From positions 1-58,681 of the IMG/VR virus record IMGVR_UViG_3300023174_000189: DNA of 58,681 nucleotides, one strand, 5' to 3'. The stretch comes from a virus. Its lineage: Duplodnaviria > Caudoviricetes. Positions 38,616 through 48,517 of the stretch are shown here, one piece after another. How positions within the stretch are numbered: position 1 is the first letter of the stretch; each line of letters opens with the position of its first letter. The notes below the pieces were generated by a model. It was not told the origin of the DNA, ran no database searches, and was given only the letters and a program-made list of their open reading frames with translations. Position numbers and translations under genes: made by a program.

Positions 38616-40682
38616 ATGCCTTATTATGTCGCTGAGATATTAGGTCAAATTTTTGCTAATCCACCCTATTATATCCTTAAAGCTAATGTCGTTTCTGAAA
38701 CCGAAACAAAAAATATCGTTATCAAAGGTAATATACCTGGCCCTACTTCTAGAGATACTATCGTCACCTTTGAAGGTAAAGTAGTTGACCATAAAACTAT
38801 TGAAGTCACTAAATCACCTATTAACCCTAAACTACTTAAAGGTGAAGCATATGTCTTTTATCAACAAAAGACACCTGCTATCACTAAATCTATTGAAGTC
38901 CTCGCCCATATCGCTGATGCAGGTGTCCCTCAAAAACTTATCTCTGCTATCTGGGACTCCGTTCAAAGAGACCCCGACTTCTTTGCCGAAAACCCCTGGT
39001 CTCTTGTACATAAAGGTCTTCCCTTTAAAGTCGCTGATAAAATCGCTCTCGCTCTTAATCAACAAGGCTTCGACCCTAAATGTGATTCTCGTATCGAAGC
39101 ATCTATACATGAAGCCACCTCCGTTGCCTTTAATGAGGGTAATTGCTATATTGACTCTACCTCTCTCTTCAGAGAAGTCAGTATCCTCACTAATGAGAAT
39201 AACCCCACTAAAATTGCTACTCTCATTAAAAATATGATTAAAGAAGAGAAACTCGTTCTTGAAAAAACTCCCGATAATAACAATGCTATCTATCTCCCTT
39301 TTAATAACAAAATGGAAAATGACTTTGTTTCTCTTATCGCCCATAAACAAAGAAGATCTTGTTCTCGTGTAGATAAACCTACTATCCTTGCTAATGCTAA
39401 ATACCCTCTCACTAATGATCAAATTGAAGCTATTCAAATCGGTATATCCGAACCTGTTTCTATTATCTCAGGTTTACCAGGTACAGGTAAAACTACTATC
39501 CTTGCCACCTTATGTAAAATCCTTAAACAACAAGGTGAACAAGTTTTATTAGTCGCCCCTACTGGTATCGCTGCTAAAAGATTATCTTCTGTTGTTCAAA
39601 TTCAAGAAGCTCAAACTATTCATAGAGCTTTTGGTGCAGGTATCCCATCAGAATCAGATAAAAATATCTTCTCTAATTATGAAGGTGTCAGTCGTATTGA
39701 AGAATTTGATGTTATGTCTTTAAATAATGCTATTGACCCATCTAAAGAACATTGGACTTACCACCCTAATAACCCTAGACCTGAATCAGTTATTATTATA
39801 GATGAATCTTCTATGGTCGATTTACACCTTGCTTGGAGAATTTTAAGAGCTTTAACTCTACAATGTCGTGTTATCTTTGTAGGTGATATAGCTCAATTAC
39901 CACCTATCGGTGCAGGTTTCACCTTTAAAGAAATGATTGAAACTAATAAAATCCCATATACCCACCTCACTCAAATCTTTAGACAAGATAAAGGTAATGG
40001 TGTTGTTGAAGCAGCTCATTCTATCTTTAATAATATTACTCCCACCATGAACGATGATTTTGTCTTTCTTGAATCTCATAGCAACACTAATATCCTTAAT
40101 CTTATTATGGATAATTGTATAGACTTACAAAATCAAGGTATAGACTACCAAGTTATTGCTCCCTCTCATCATGGTGATTGTGGTGTTACTAACCTTAATA
40201 AAAACCTTAGAGCAAGATTAAACCCTACCCTTAGTCACCTATCTTTTAAAATAGGTAATGATGAAATTCGTGTAGGTGATAAAGTAATGATTACACAAAA
40301 TGACTATAAGCTAGAAGTCTTTAATGGCGATTTAGGTTATGTTCGTGCTATTAATAAAGACGATATAGAAATTCACTTAAAGACTAATAATTCTATTACC
40401 TCTATACCTAAAGCTAAAGTATCTACTCTAATCAGATTAGCTTATGCTATTACGGTACATAAATCACAAGGTCAAGAATACCCTGTGGTGATTATGCCTT
40501 TAGTTAGAGATTTTGGTTTAAGTCTTTTACAAAAGAACTTAATCTATACTGCTATTACTAGAGCTAAAACTAAATGTATTCTTGTTGGGGATAAAGGCTG
40601 TTTAGAACTTTCTATACATAATACTTCTAAATCTAAAAGTAAATTATCTCGAATTAAAGATAAACTTATTTCTCTTATTTAA
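38616..40682 (+). CDS. recD2: RecD2-like SF1B helicase
   Basis: GLPGTGKT, APTGIAA, TIHR, IIDESSM, GDIAQLPPIG, IFRQ, AYAITVHKSQG, YTAITRAK; N-terminal NPW..L...FKVADKIA. Confidence 0.92.
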   Translation: MPYYVAEILGQIFANPPYYILKANVVSETETKNIVIKGNIPGPTSRDTIVTFEGKVVDHKTIEVTKSPINPKLLKGEAYVFYQQKTPAITKSIEVLAHIADAGVPQKLISAIWDSVQRDPDFFAENPWSLVHKGLPFKVADKIALALNQQGFDPKCDSRIEASIHEATSVAFNEGNCYIDSTSLFREVSILTNENNPTKIATLIKNMIKEEKLVLEKTPDNNNAIYLPFNNKMENDFVSLIAHKQRRSCSRVDKPTILANAKYPLTNDQIEAIQIGISEPVSIISGLPGTGKTTILATLCKILKQQGEQVLLVAPTGIAAKRLSSVVQIQEAQTIHRAFGAGIPSESDKNIFSNYEGVSRIEEFDVMSLNNAIDPSKEHWTYHPNNPRPESVIIIDESSMVDLHLAWRILRALTLQCRVIFVGDIAQLPPIGAGFTFKEMIETNKIPYTHLTQIFRQDKGNGVVEAAHSIFNNITPTMNDDFVFLESHSNTNILNLIMDNCIDLQNQGIDYQVIAPSHHGDCGVTNLNKNLRARLNPTLSHLSFKIGNDEIRVGDKVMITQNDYKLEVFNGDLGYVRAINKDDIEIHLKTNNSITSIPKAKVSTLIRLAYAITVHKSQGQEYPVVIMPLVRDFGLSLLQKNLIYTAITRAKTKCILVGDKGCLELSIHNTSKSKSKLSRIKDKLISLI

Positions 40683-40745
40683 TATAATATGATTGTAGAT
40701 GATACAAAGACACTAACAACAACATCGCTACAAGGATGAGCAAAA

Positions 40746-41078
40746 ATGACAGAAGATCAACTTTCTGAATTGAGAACAAAGATTACAAGATTAAAAGGTA
40801 ATCTAAATGTAAATCAAATTACAATCTCTCGTATTGTAAAATCAAAATCAGGAGACCAAGTATTCGTCTCTCTATCAGCTAACTACGGTGATGAAAAAGA
40901 TAGTGATAATAAACTCCCTATGGAAGATATATCATTAGCAACACATCTCTTAGGTAGAGAAGTAAATATCCTCGCTTATGAACAAGCACTTGCAGGTGGT
41001 TTAATTAACCAAATGCAATTCGATGAAGCCTTAAAGTATATTAAGGGCAACTACACTAAACTATTCACTAAAGGATAA
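40746..41078 (+). CDS. hypothetical protein
   Basis: 110-aa ORF, AAGGA SD. Confidence 0.65.
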   Translation: MTEDQLSELRTKITRLKGNLNVNQITISRIVKSKSGDQVFVSLSANYGDEKDSDNKLPMEDISLATHLLGREVNILAYEQALAGGLINQMQFDEALKYIKGNYTKLFTKG

Positions 41079-41083
41079 TCAAT

Positions 41084-41764
41084 ATGATTGAACAATCATG
41101 GATCGACAACATCTTTAAAGACCTTCAAAGTATGGACATTCACTTAGATACAGACCCTCTCGCTTTTGGTCCCGACCGTCTTAACTCTAAGGTTGCTGAA
41201 GTTAGAAAACACCTTTCTCGTACCGAAAACCTTTTCCTCGAAATCTCACATAACCTACAAAAGTTTAAAAGAGATTTACTCCTCGCTAAAACTGATTTCT
41301 CTATTGAGAAAACTCGTCTTATGTCTGAAGACCCTTATGTAAGATCAGGTCGCTCACAACCTGAAAGAGAAGTTATTGCTGAACAAAGACTTGTAGATAA
41401 AACTAAAGCTATCAATTCTCTTGATATCACTATTCAAGACCTTGAAGCTATTGATAAGGTGGTTAAAGCTAAAAGAGCTGACTTGAAAGATATTCAAAAT
41501 CGTTTAAAGGATCAGCTTAAACTCTGCCAAGAACAAATCGGTTTAGGTCAAAGATGGGGTAAATCTGATATTAAACTCCTACAAGAATTTAATGATAGAT
41601 ATGAAGCACCACCTATGGTTGAAATTAAAACTAAACCTTTACCACCTGCTACTAATGACACTGATGATATTAATAGTTTCTTTAACACACCTATTGTAGA
41701 TGCTGTTAAACAACCACATACAGTTCAAGCACTTGACCTAGACGACCTATTCAAAGATATTTAA
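41084..41764 (+). CDS. coiled-coil protein, possibly recombination-mediator-like
   Basis: Long heptad helices and acidic/hydrophobic tail LDLDDLFKDI; near recD2. Confidence 0.5.
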   Translation: MIEQSWIDNIFKDLQSMDIHLDTDPLAFGPDRLNSKVAEVRKHLSRTENLFLEISHNLQKFKRDLLLAKTDFSIEKTRLMSEDPYVRSGRSQPEREVIAEQRLVDKTKAINSLDITIQDLEAIDKVVKAKRADLKDIQNRLKDQLKLCQEQIGLGQRWGKSDIKLLQEFNDRYEAPPMVEIKTKPLPPATNDTDDINSFFNTPIVDAVKQPHTVQALDLDDLFKDI

Positions 41765-41818
41765 TTATATTTAATTTATATTTACAACTCCTATATATAA
41801 CTAAATAGGAGTCCTCAT

Positions 41819-44170
41819 ATGAATAGTCTTTTTAGACAAAATTTAATACTTAAAGCTAAATCAGCTTACACAGGTAACTGGAAAACAGCATCTAAAATAT
41901 TTGATCTATATGACCTCTTAGTTGATGTAAGAGCATATAATGAGTCTTATGAGAATTATGATGTTTATGAACAAAGAAGAGATATATATAACATATGGAA
42001 AGAAGTTCTTTTTGAACATAGAAAGCATCTTACTCTTAATGAAGAACTTGTAGATAAAATCACTTACATGACAAGACAAATAGATTCATTCTTTGCTAAA
42101 AACATGAGTGATAATCTGAAACTCTTAGGTATGGCTAAACTTGCTAAATATAAAGAATTTGTCCAAGCTCTTATTGCATATACTCAAGATTTCTTAAAAC
42201 AGTTAGGATTTAACACTAAAGTTCTTAAAGTTAAATCTGAATATACAGGTCTTATGACTTATGCTATCACTCCAGATATGTCAGAAAGTGAATCTTTTGT
42301 TTCTGAGCAAATTGATATGAATAATGCTTTTAAACAAAAGCTATTCTATAAGTTTAAACAAGACCTTGAAAAGAAAGATATGAGAGTTGAGGATGAGGGA
42401 GATCACTTTGTTATTAAACAGTACGGCGTTACTATAGGATATGTATCGGATAATAAGTTTGATAAGATATATCCTACACTTGAAGAACTCAACCATGAAT
42501 TAAAAAAGAATCAAATTATAGATGATAACTATGATAAGTTAGTTTTAGGTGAATCGGGTCAATTATTAACACCCACAGGTACAGTAGCTACTACATTAAA
42601 CTACTTACCACCTAAAACACTAGCTTCCGAAATTAAAAAGTATAATGAAAGTATCTCTCTTTATAACTCTAAACTTAAACCTTATGAACCTAAACTCTCT
42701 AACGACCCTAAAACTATACAATTAGGTGAATATACACTTAAAGTAGTTAAAGTGTTTTATAAGAATATAAATAGACCTGTGATTACAGAAGGACCCTATG
42801 CAGGTATCTTCCTTGATCAAATAGTTTCACCCACAGGTAAAGTCTTAGGATCAAGTTCTAAAGCTAGTCCTTACTTTATATCTAATAAACAAGTATATGA
42901 AGCTATAAGTGATAGTGTTAAGAAAAAAGATACTTTAGATATAGAACAAAATGTAGTGAGTAAAAAAGTTCAAGAGTATCAAAGAGAACGAAATTACTAC
43001 CCCTATCAGTATGAAAGAATGTTAAAGTCTAATATACAAGATAAAAAAATTAGAACTGCAATACCTGATTTAACTGGTGCAAGTATCTTAAATGATGTAG
43101 ACAGTAATATGGATGCTTATGTAGAATCTAATTCTTATGATAAGTTTACTAATATAGACCATAATATTAAGATGGATGATTCTCGAACTAAAATCAGAAA
43201 CTTAGAGATTACAAGATCTGTTCACCTTATTGATGGTAAACCTGAATATATTAAGAATGAATACTTTGAAATACATCCTTGTATGCCTGATGGTCTAGGC
43301 ACTAAAGTTTTCACTCAACAAGTTAAATCTGCATCAGAATTAGGTTTTAAATATATTAAAACGGATGCTGGAGGTGGCAGTATAGGTATGGTAGGTTATT
43401 ATGTATGGCCCAAATTAGGCTATAATGGCGACTTGTCTGACGACCTAAAACAAACTAGAAATAAATTACTTAATAATCCCACTAAAAACGAAAAAGAACT
43501 TAATACACTCTCTGAAATAGATACTTGGTTTCAAAATACACTAGGACATAGTGTTTATGATGAATGTATGGCTCTTGATTTATATGCCTGTAAGGTTAAC
43601 GGTAAATTTATTGGTCAAGAAATCTGGAAAAAACATGGTTCTACTGTTACTCTAAAATTTGATTTAACAGAAGGTTCTTTATCTATGAGAATCTTAGGTG
43701 ATTATATAAATAAAAAATCTAAAGAAATGGGTATCGCTGTTGCTGATTTTATCAATACTGACATCTCTAAATATAGAGGTAAAAATAATAACCTTGAATG
43801 CCTCCTTAGAAAATACTATGACAATATAGGTCGTATGGACTATGCCCTCTTAAATGCTCTTAAAATTGCTATTAAGAACCAAGAGAATGGTGAAATTGTT
43901 AAAATACTTAATTCTAATGATTATGATATAAGACAACCTCTGATAGACTTCGTAATTTACTTAAGTACATCTAAGCGATCCGATGAAAGACAAGTTGCTA
44001 AAGAAGTTCAAACCATCGCTAGAATTAATAAATCCACCTCTTACCCCAACTTGAAATTCGCCTCAGATAAAAACCTTATGGATGATCCTATGATTAGAGA
44101 AGTTGACTTTGCTATCCTTGATCAAGTTTGGGACGGTATCAATAAACTTTATGAATCAGGTAATTTTTAA
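41819..44170 (+). CDS. GNAT-like domain protein, paralog of 34163..38320 without the helicase-like segment
   Basis: NLILKAKSAYTGNWK, RPVITEGPYAGIFLDQIVS, GLGTKVF...GYYVWPKLGYN, LYACKVNGK all align to the larger paralog. Confidence 0.7.
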   Translation: MNSLFRQNLILKAKSAYTGNWKTASKIFDLYDLLVDVRAYNESYENYDVYEQRRDIYNIWKEVLFEHRKHLTLNEELVDKITYMTRQIDSFFAKNMSDNLKLLGMAKLAKYKEFVQALIAYTQDFLKQLGFNTKVLKVKSEYTGLMTYAITPDMSESESFVSEQIDMNNAFKQKLFYKFKQDLEKKDMRVEDEGDHFVIKQYGVTIGYVSDNKFDKIYPTLEELNHELKKNQIIDDNYDKLVLGESGQLLTPTGTVATTLNYLPPKTLASEIKKYNESISLYNSKLKPYEPKLSNDPKTIQLGEYTLKVVKVFYKNINRPVITEGPYAGIFLDQIVSPTGKVLGSSSKASPYFISNKQVYEAISDSVKKKDTLDIEQNVVSKKVQEYQRERNYYPYQYERMLKSNIQDKKIRTAIPDLTGASILNDVDSNMDAYVESNSYDKFTNIDHNIKMDDSRTKIRNLEITRSVHLIDGKPEYIKNEYFEIHPCMPDGLGTKVFTQQVKSASELGFKYIKTDAGGGSIGMVGYYVWPKLGYNGDLSDDLKQTRNKLLNNPTKNEKELNTLSEIDTWFQNTLGHSVYDECMALDLYACKVNGKFIGQEIWKKHGSTVTLKFDLTEGSLSMRILGDYINKKSKEMGIAVADFINTDISKYRGKNNNLECLLRKYYDNIGRMDYALLNALKIAIKNQENGEIVKILNSNDYDIRQPLIDFVIYLSTSKRSDERQVAKEVQTIARINKSTSYPNLKFASDKNLMDDPMIREVDFAILDQVWDGINKLYESGNF

Positions 44171-44215
44171 TTAAACAACGGTATATTTATTTAAACACTC
44201 TTAAAGGATTACTTT

Positions 44216-44620
44216 ATGTTTAAATACCTAATATCATTTCTTTTTTTTATTCTCGCACAACAAGTATCAGCTAATGATACTTGGGAATGTCAACTTTGGG
44301 AAACTAAATCAGAACCAAGACTCACAGGTCAAGGACATTCTCTTAGTGGGGCTCTTTACATGAACAATTTCGGTGTAAAGGCTTGCCTCGCTAATGAAAA
44401 TAATGTCTGTGATGATCTAGGGTCTTACATTAAGATTTCTGTTAACCCAAAAGCTAAATTTGATGTTTCTGTGTCCTCTTTTAGAGCAACCCTTTTACCT
44501 ACTGTCATTAAACCAGGAGAAAGCAAACTTATTGAATTTCACACTTATTTCCAAAAAAATGAAAAACGATTCATTGACTTGAGTATTCGTGCTTGCACTA
44601 AATACTCATTCAGCAAATAA
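44216..44620 (+). CDS. secreted/periplasmic Cys-containing hypothetical protein
   Basis: Signal-peptide-like MFKYLISFLFFILAQQVSA; four Cys. Confidence 0.6.
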   Translation: MFKYLISFLFFILAQQVSANDTWECQLWETKSEPRLTGQGHSLSGALYMNNFGVKACLANENNVCDDLGSYIKISVNPKAKFDVSVSSFRATLLPTVIKPGESKLIEFHTYFQKNEKRFIDLSIRACTKYSFSK

Positions 44621-44621
44621 C

Positions 44622-45164
44622 CTACCTACACTTATCCATATACTTCTCATATAATGAAATATATTTAGACTCTTGTCCTTTCTTTTTACTCTTCCTATAT
44701 TTATTTATCTCTGTTTCTAATAATAAACACCCTGCCTCAGACATAGATTTACTCTTACTCTCTTCTTGTTCTTTTTGCTTTTCATATTCTTGGTCTTGCT
44801 TTTCTCTTTCTTCCCTTGCTCTTTGCCTCATTTTTTTATCTTGTATTTTCTTCTCCTCATCAAATTTTTCTTGGAGAATCCGTTTCTTCTCTCTTAAAGC
44901 GTTCAAATCAAAAGGATATTGTTGTATTATATTAGAATATTGCTTATTTATGTCTCTCGTACAACCAAGTTCTCCCAAAGAATCATCTCTTGAACCGTAA
45001 TATTCTTTACACTCTTCTAGAGCATCTACCCTTTTTTGCAAATCAGCTTTCCAAATAGTCTCAGCCTTGTCTAATTCTTCTGTTACCGAAATTAACTGTT
45101 CTTCTAAAGGTTCTTGGCAATATCCCCATGATAACAAACATAATACAAAAAATAAAACTTTCAT
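44622..45164 (-). CDS. secreted coiled-coil hypothetical protein
   Basis: Signal-peptide-like MKVLFFVLCLLSWGYC; E/K-rich helices; AAGGAG SD. Confidence 0.6.
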   Translation of the reverse strand: MKVLFFVLCLLSWGYCQEPLEEQLISVTEELDKAETIWKADLQKRVDALEECKEYYGSRDDSLGELGCTRDINKQYSNIIQQYPFDLNALREKKRILQEKFDEEKKIQDKKMRQRAREEREKQDQEYEKQKEQEESKSKSMSEAGCLLLETEINKYRKSKKKGQESKYISLYEKYMDKCR

Positions 45165-45237
45165 TCTAAAACTCCTTTTATATTACATATACCAATATCT
45201 AGCACTTTCTTCTTAATAATTTTTTTAATCTTTACTC

Positions 45238-45266
45238 TTGACATTTATCCTCTTTGTGTGTATTGT
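45238..45266 (+). promoter_or_regulatory. sigma70-type promoter for the R-M gene
   Basis: TTGACA-N17-TATTGT with TG extension. Confidence 0.7.
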
Positions 45267-45304
45267 GGATTATACAAACACACTAACTATCACAAAGGAC
45301 AGAT

Positions 45305-48300
45305 ATGTTAAACAATTATCTTAAAGACTTGCAAACAAGACAAGCACAAAATGGCTCAGAATACTCTTATAGAGCAGACTTAAGACAAATCCTAAAAGGT
45401 TTAAGTATCACTGACGAACCTAAAGGTAAGAAAAAAGATAAAGTCGATATGGAAGTTTTTACTCCCGAAGGTCTTGTCTCTTTCTATATTGAAACTAAAG
45501 ACTTAGGCGAAGACCTCAGCCATAAGAAACATCAAGATCAATTCAATAGATACAAGTCCGCATACAAAAAACTCGTTATCACAAATTTTCTCGACTTTGA
45601 ATTTTATCGTGATGGTGTCTTACTAGGTAAATGCACTCTTGCCGATCTTAAATCATTCACAGGCAGTCAAGCTGACTTCGATCAATTCAATAACTTTATT
45701 GATGATTTTAAGAATGATTGTATCCAATTCACTAATCCTATCTTACTCGCTAAAAAACTCGCTGAGAAAACTAAATTCCTAAAGAATGAGATTTTTACAA
45801 CTCTTGAAAAAGATGATGCTGAAATTGCTTTAGGCAGTAAAAAGAATTTTAAACTCGTTGCCTATCGTAATGAATTTAAAAAAATGCTCCTCAATGATAT
45901 TGATAACGATCAATTCGCTGATCTCTATGCTCAAACAATCACCTATGGTTTATTTGCTAGTAGATACTATTCTTTTCAAAAAGATTCTAAAGCTACTTTT
46001 AAACGATCCGATGCCTCTGATCTTATCCCTAATACAAATCCTTTATTAAAGCAATTCTTTGATTCTATTAGTAGAGATAGTAAATCTTCTTCTTTAGGTA
46101 AAAATATCACTATTCATTTAGATGGAATTACTACTATCCTAGCTAATGCGGACATGACCCAAATTATTCAAAATTTGAAATTAGCTAACAATGATATTGT
46201 TATTCACTTCTATGAAACCTTCCTAGAACATTATGACCCAGCATTAAGGGCAAGTATGGGTGTATGGTATACTCCTGTTGAAGTAGTGGATTATATTGTT
46301 AAAGGTGTAGATAGTATTCTCAAGGACAAGTTTTCTATCAAAGATGGTATTTCATCTAGAGAAACACAAGACTTCTCATTTATTAGAAAAACTAAAGTTA
46401 AAGGTGGTGAGAAGACTGAGGAGGTAACTAAAAAGGGGGTACATAAAGTTCAAATCTTAGACCCAGCTACAGGCACAGGTAATTTCTTAAATTCCACTAT
46501 CAATTACATTAAGTCTAATTTTAAACACCCTACCTTATGGAAGGAGTATGTTAATAATCACTTGATCCCTAGATTAAATGGTTTTGAGTTAATGATGCCT
46601 TCTTATGTTATGGCACACATGAAGATGTATGAATTGTTAAAAGACTCTTTAGATGATAATCTATCTAATAGGTTTAATGTATATTTAACAAACACCTTAA
46701 ATGGTGGTGTTGTCTTAGAAGAAGAGAATGTTTTATCTGTGAGTGATTTAATACATCAGTTAAATGAAGAAGCATTAGGAGCTAATAGAGTAAGACAAGA
46801 ACAACCTGTGATGGTGATCATGGGCAACCCACCTTATAATAGTGCAAGTAAGAATCAAGGTGAGTTTATTACTGATCTTATGGAAGACTATCAAGATGTG
46901 AGTAAAAATACAGGAATTACTTTAAATGATGACTATATTAAATTTATTAGATATGGACAACACCTCATCGACCAAAATAATAGTGGGGTTTTAGCTTATA
47001 TTTCTAATAATAGCTTCCTTAAAGGAATCTCTATGGGGAAAATGAGAAAATCACTATTGAAGACTTTTGATGAAATTTATGTCCTTAATTTATATGGTCG
47101 CCCTATTGATGATAATATTTTTAAAAGTATCAAACAACAAGTTTGTATCACTTTCTTTGTTAAGACAAACAAGAAAGAACAAAACGAATTAGGTAAAGTC
47201 TTTTACTTTGAAATTAAAGGAGATAGACAACCTAAGTTGGACTATCTTGAAAAAAACACGGTGAATAATGATTTTAAAGAAATTGCTTTGATTGAACCTG
47301 AATATTACTTCATCCCACAAGACACTAGTATCCTTGAAGTATACAATAAAGACAGCTTCCGTTTAGATTCTATTTTCAAGTTTAAATCTAATGGTGTTTT
47401 AACAGGTTGTGATAGCTTACTAATAGATACTGATTTAGGGAGATTAGAAAATAAATTAAAAAATTATTTTGCTACAAATAAAAAAAAGGGAGTTTCTTCA
47501 ACAGATGACGGTCACTTTAAAAAAGTAAACTATAGAAATTTTGATACAAGACACTATTTTGATAGTGCTTTATCGAGTGCTAGAAAAGAAGAATTGGTCA
47601 AACATTCATTAGCATCAAAACAAATCTTCTTATCATACAAATCTTATTGTCGTGACAAGTTTGACTTCAAACATATCTTATTAACAAATAGGACTCCAGA
47701 CTATAACTTTTTGGGGGCATCGGCAGGATCAATCCATTGCTCTCCTCTCTATCAATACCACGAAGGAAACACTGTTTTAGGCACAGAACCATACCAAACC
47801 TCTAACTTCACTCAAGACTTCCTAGACCAAATCTCCCTCAAAATCGGTAAACTCTTTAATGATAACCCCACCGATGATACTACTTTCTCTTCCCTCGATG
47901 CTATGGATTACATCTATGGCTACCTTAATGATAAATCCTACACCACTACCTATAACCAATTCCTTAAATCTAACTACCCCAAAGTCCCTTTCCCCACTGA
48001 CCTTAACCACTTTGAAACCTATAGATTAAAAGGTGAAACCCTTAGAACTATCCACCTCGATGACTCTACAATAGACCCCACCTCTAACTTCACCGCTAAA
48101 AGCAACACTATCTCTAAGGTCTCTTTCGACCCCACTGATAATAAACTCTACTTTAACAAGACTAGCTACTTCGATAATATCACTAATGATATGTGGAATT
48201 TCAAAATAGGTGCTAGTCAACCACTTAAAAACTGGCTCGAAGCTAGAAAAGATGATGACTTAACTGAGAGTAGTGTTGATGAATTTCTAAATGTTATCTT

Positions 48301-48322
48301 TAAAGTAAGAAACTCTATCTAG
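45305..48322 (+). CDS. single-chain restriction-modification enzyme (type IIG / ISP-like, N6-adenine MTase, no helicase)
   Basis: N-terminal VD...IETK nuclease-like motif, YETFL..YD, GVWYTP, ILDPATGTG (motif I), GNPPY (motif IV), ISP-type C-terminal TRD pattern. Confidence 0.85.
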   Translation: MLNNYLKDLQTRQAQNGSEYSYRADLRQILKGLSITDEPKGKKKDKVDMEVFTPEGLVSFYIETKDLGEDLSHKKHQDQFNRYKSAYKKLVITNFLDFEFYRDGVLLGKCTLADLKSFTGSQADFDQFNNFIDDFKNDCIQFTNPILLAKKLAEKTKFLKNEIFTTLEKDDAEIALGSKKNFKLVAYRNEFKKMLLNDIDNDQFADLYAQTITYGLFASRYYSFQKDSKATFKRSDASDLIPNTNPLLKQFFDSISRDSKSSSLGKNITIHLDGITTILANADMTQIIQNLKLANNDIVIHFYETFLEHYDPALRASMGVWYTPVEVVDYIVKGVDSILKDKFSIKDGISSRETQDFSFIRKTKVKGGEKTEEVTKKGVHKVQILDPATGTGNFLNSTINYIKSNFKHPTLWKEYVNNHLIPRLNGFELMMPSYVMAHMKMYELLKDSLDDNLSNRFNVYLTNTLNGGVVLEEENVLSVSDLIHQLNEEALGANRVRQEQPVMVIMGNPPYNSASKNQGEFITDLMEDYQDVSKNTGITLNDDYIKFIRYGQHLIDQNNSGVLAYISNNSFLKGISMGKMRKSLLKTFDEIYVLNLYGRPIDDNIFKSIKQQVCITFFVKTNKKEQNELGKVFYFEIKGDRQPKLDYLEKNTVNNDFKEIALIEPEYYFIPQDTSILEVYNKDSFRLDSIFKFKSNGVLTGCDSLLIDTDLGRLENKLKNYFATNKKKGVSSTDDGHFKKVNYRNFDTRHYFDSALSSARKEELVKHSLASKQIFLSYKSYCRDKFDFKHILLTNRTPDYNFLGASAGSIHCSPLYQYHEGNTVLGTEPYQTSNFTQDFLDQISLKIGKLFNDNPTDDTTFSSLDAMDYIYGYLNDKSYTTTYNQFLKSNYPKVPFPTDLNHFETYRLKGETLRTIHLDDSTIDPTSNFTAKSNTISKVSFDPTDNKLYFNKTSYFDNITNDMWNFKIGASQPLKNWLEARKDDDLTESSVDEFLNVIFKVRNSI

Positions 48323-48517
48323 AGAACTTATCTATATCTCCTTGTTTTTATACAAACCATCGCCAAAATCTATAAAATCAACTTTGAAGATAAACACCTT
48401 CACCACCTCTTCCAAAAAACTGCCTCTTCCCTACCATCAGAAGATGCCACTATCAAAGACCTAGACTTCTCCGTCCTTAATCAAACATGGGACTTTATCT
48501 CTAATACCTATTATTAA
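48323..48517 (+). pseudogene. start-less 64-codon open frame homologous to the C-terminal tail of 41819..44170; in frame with the R-M gene across its TAG
   Basis: QTIAKIYK...KTASSLPSEDATIKDLDFSVLNQTWDFISNTYY vs QTIARINK...KFASDKNLMDDPMIREVDFAILDQVWDGINKLY. Confidence 0.7.
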
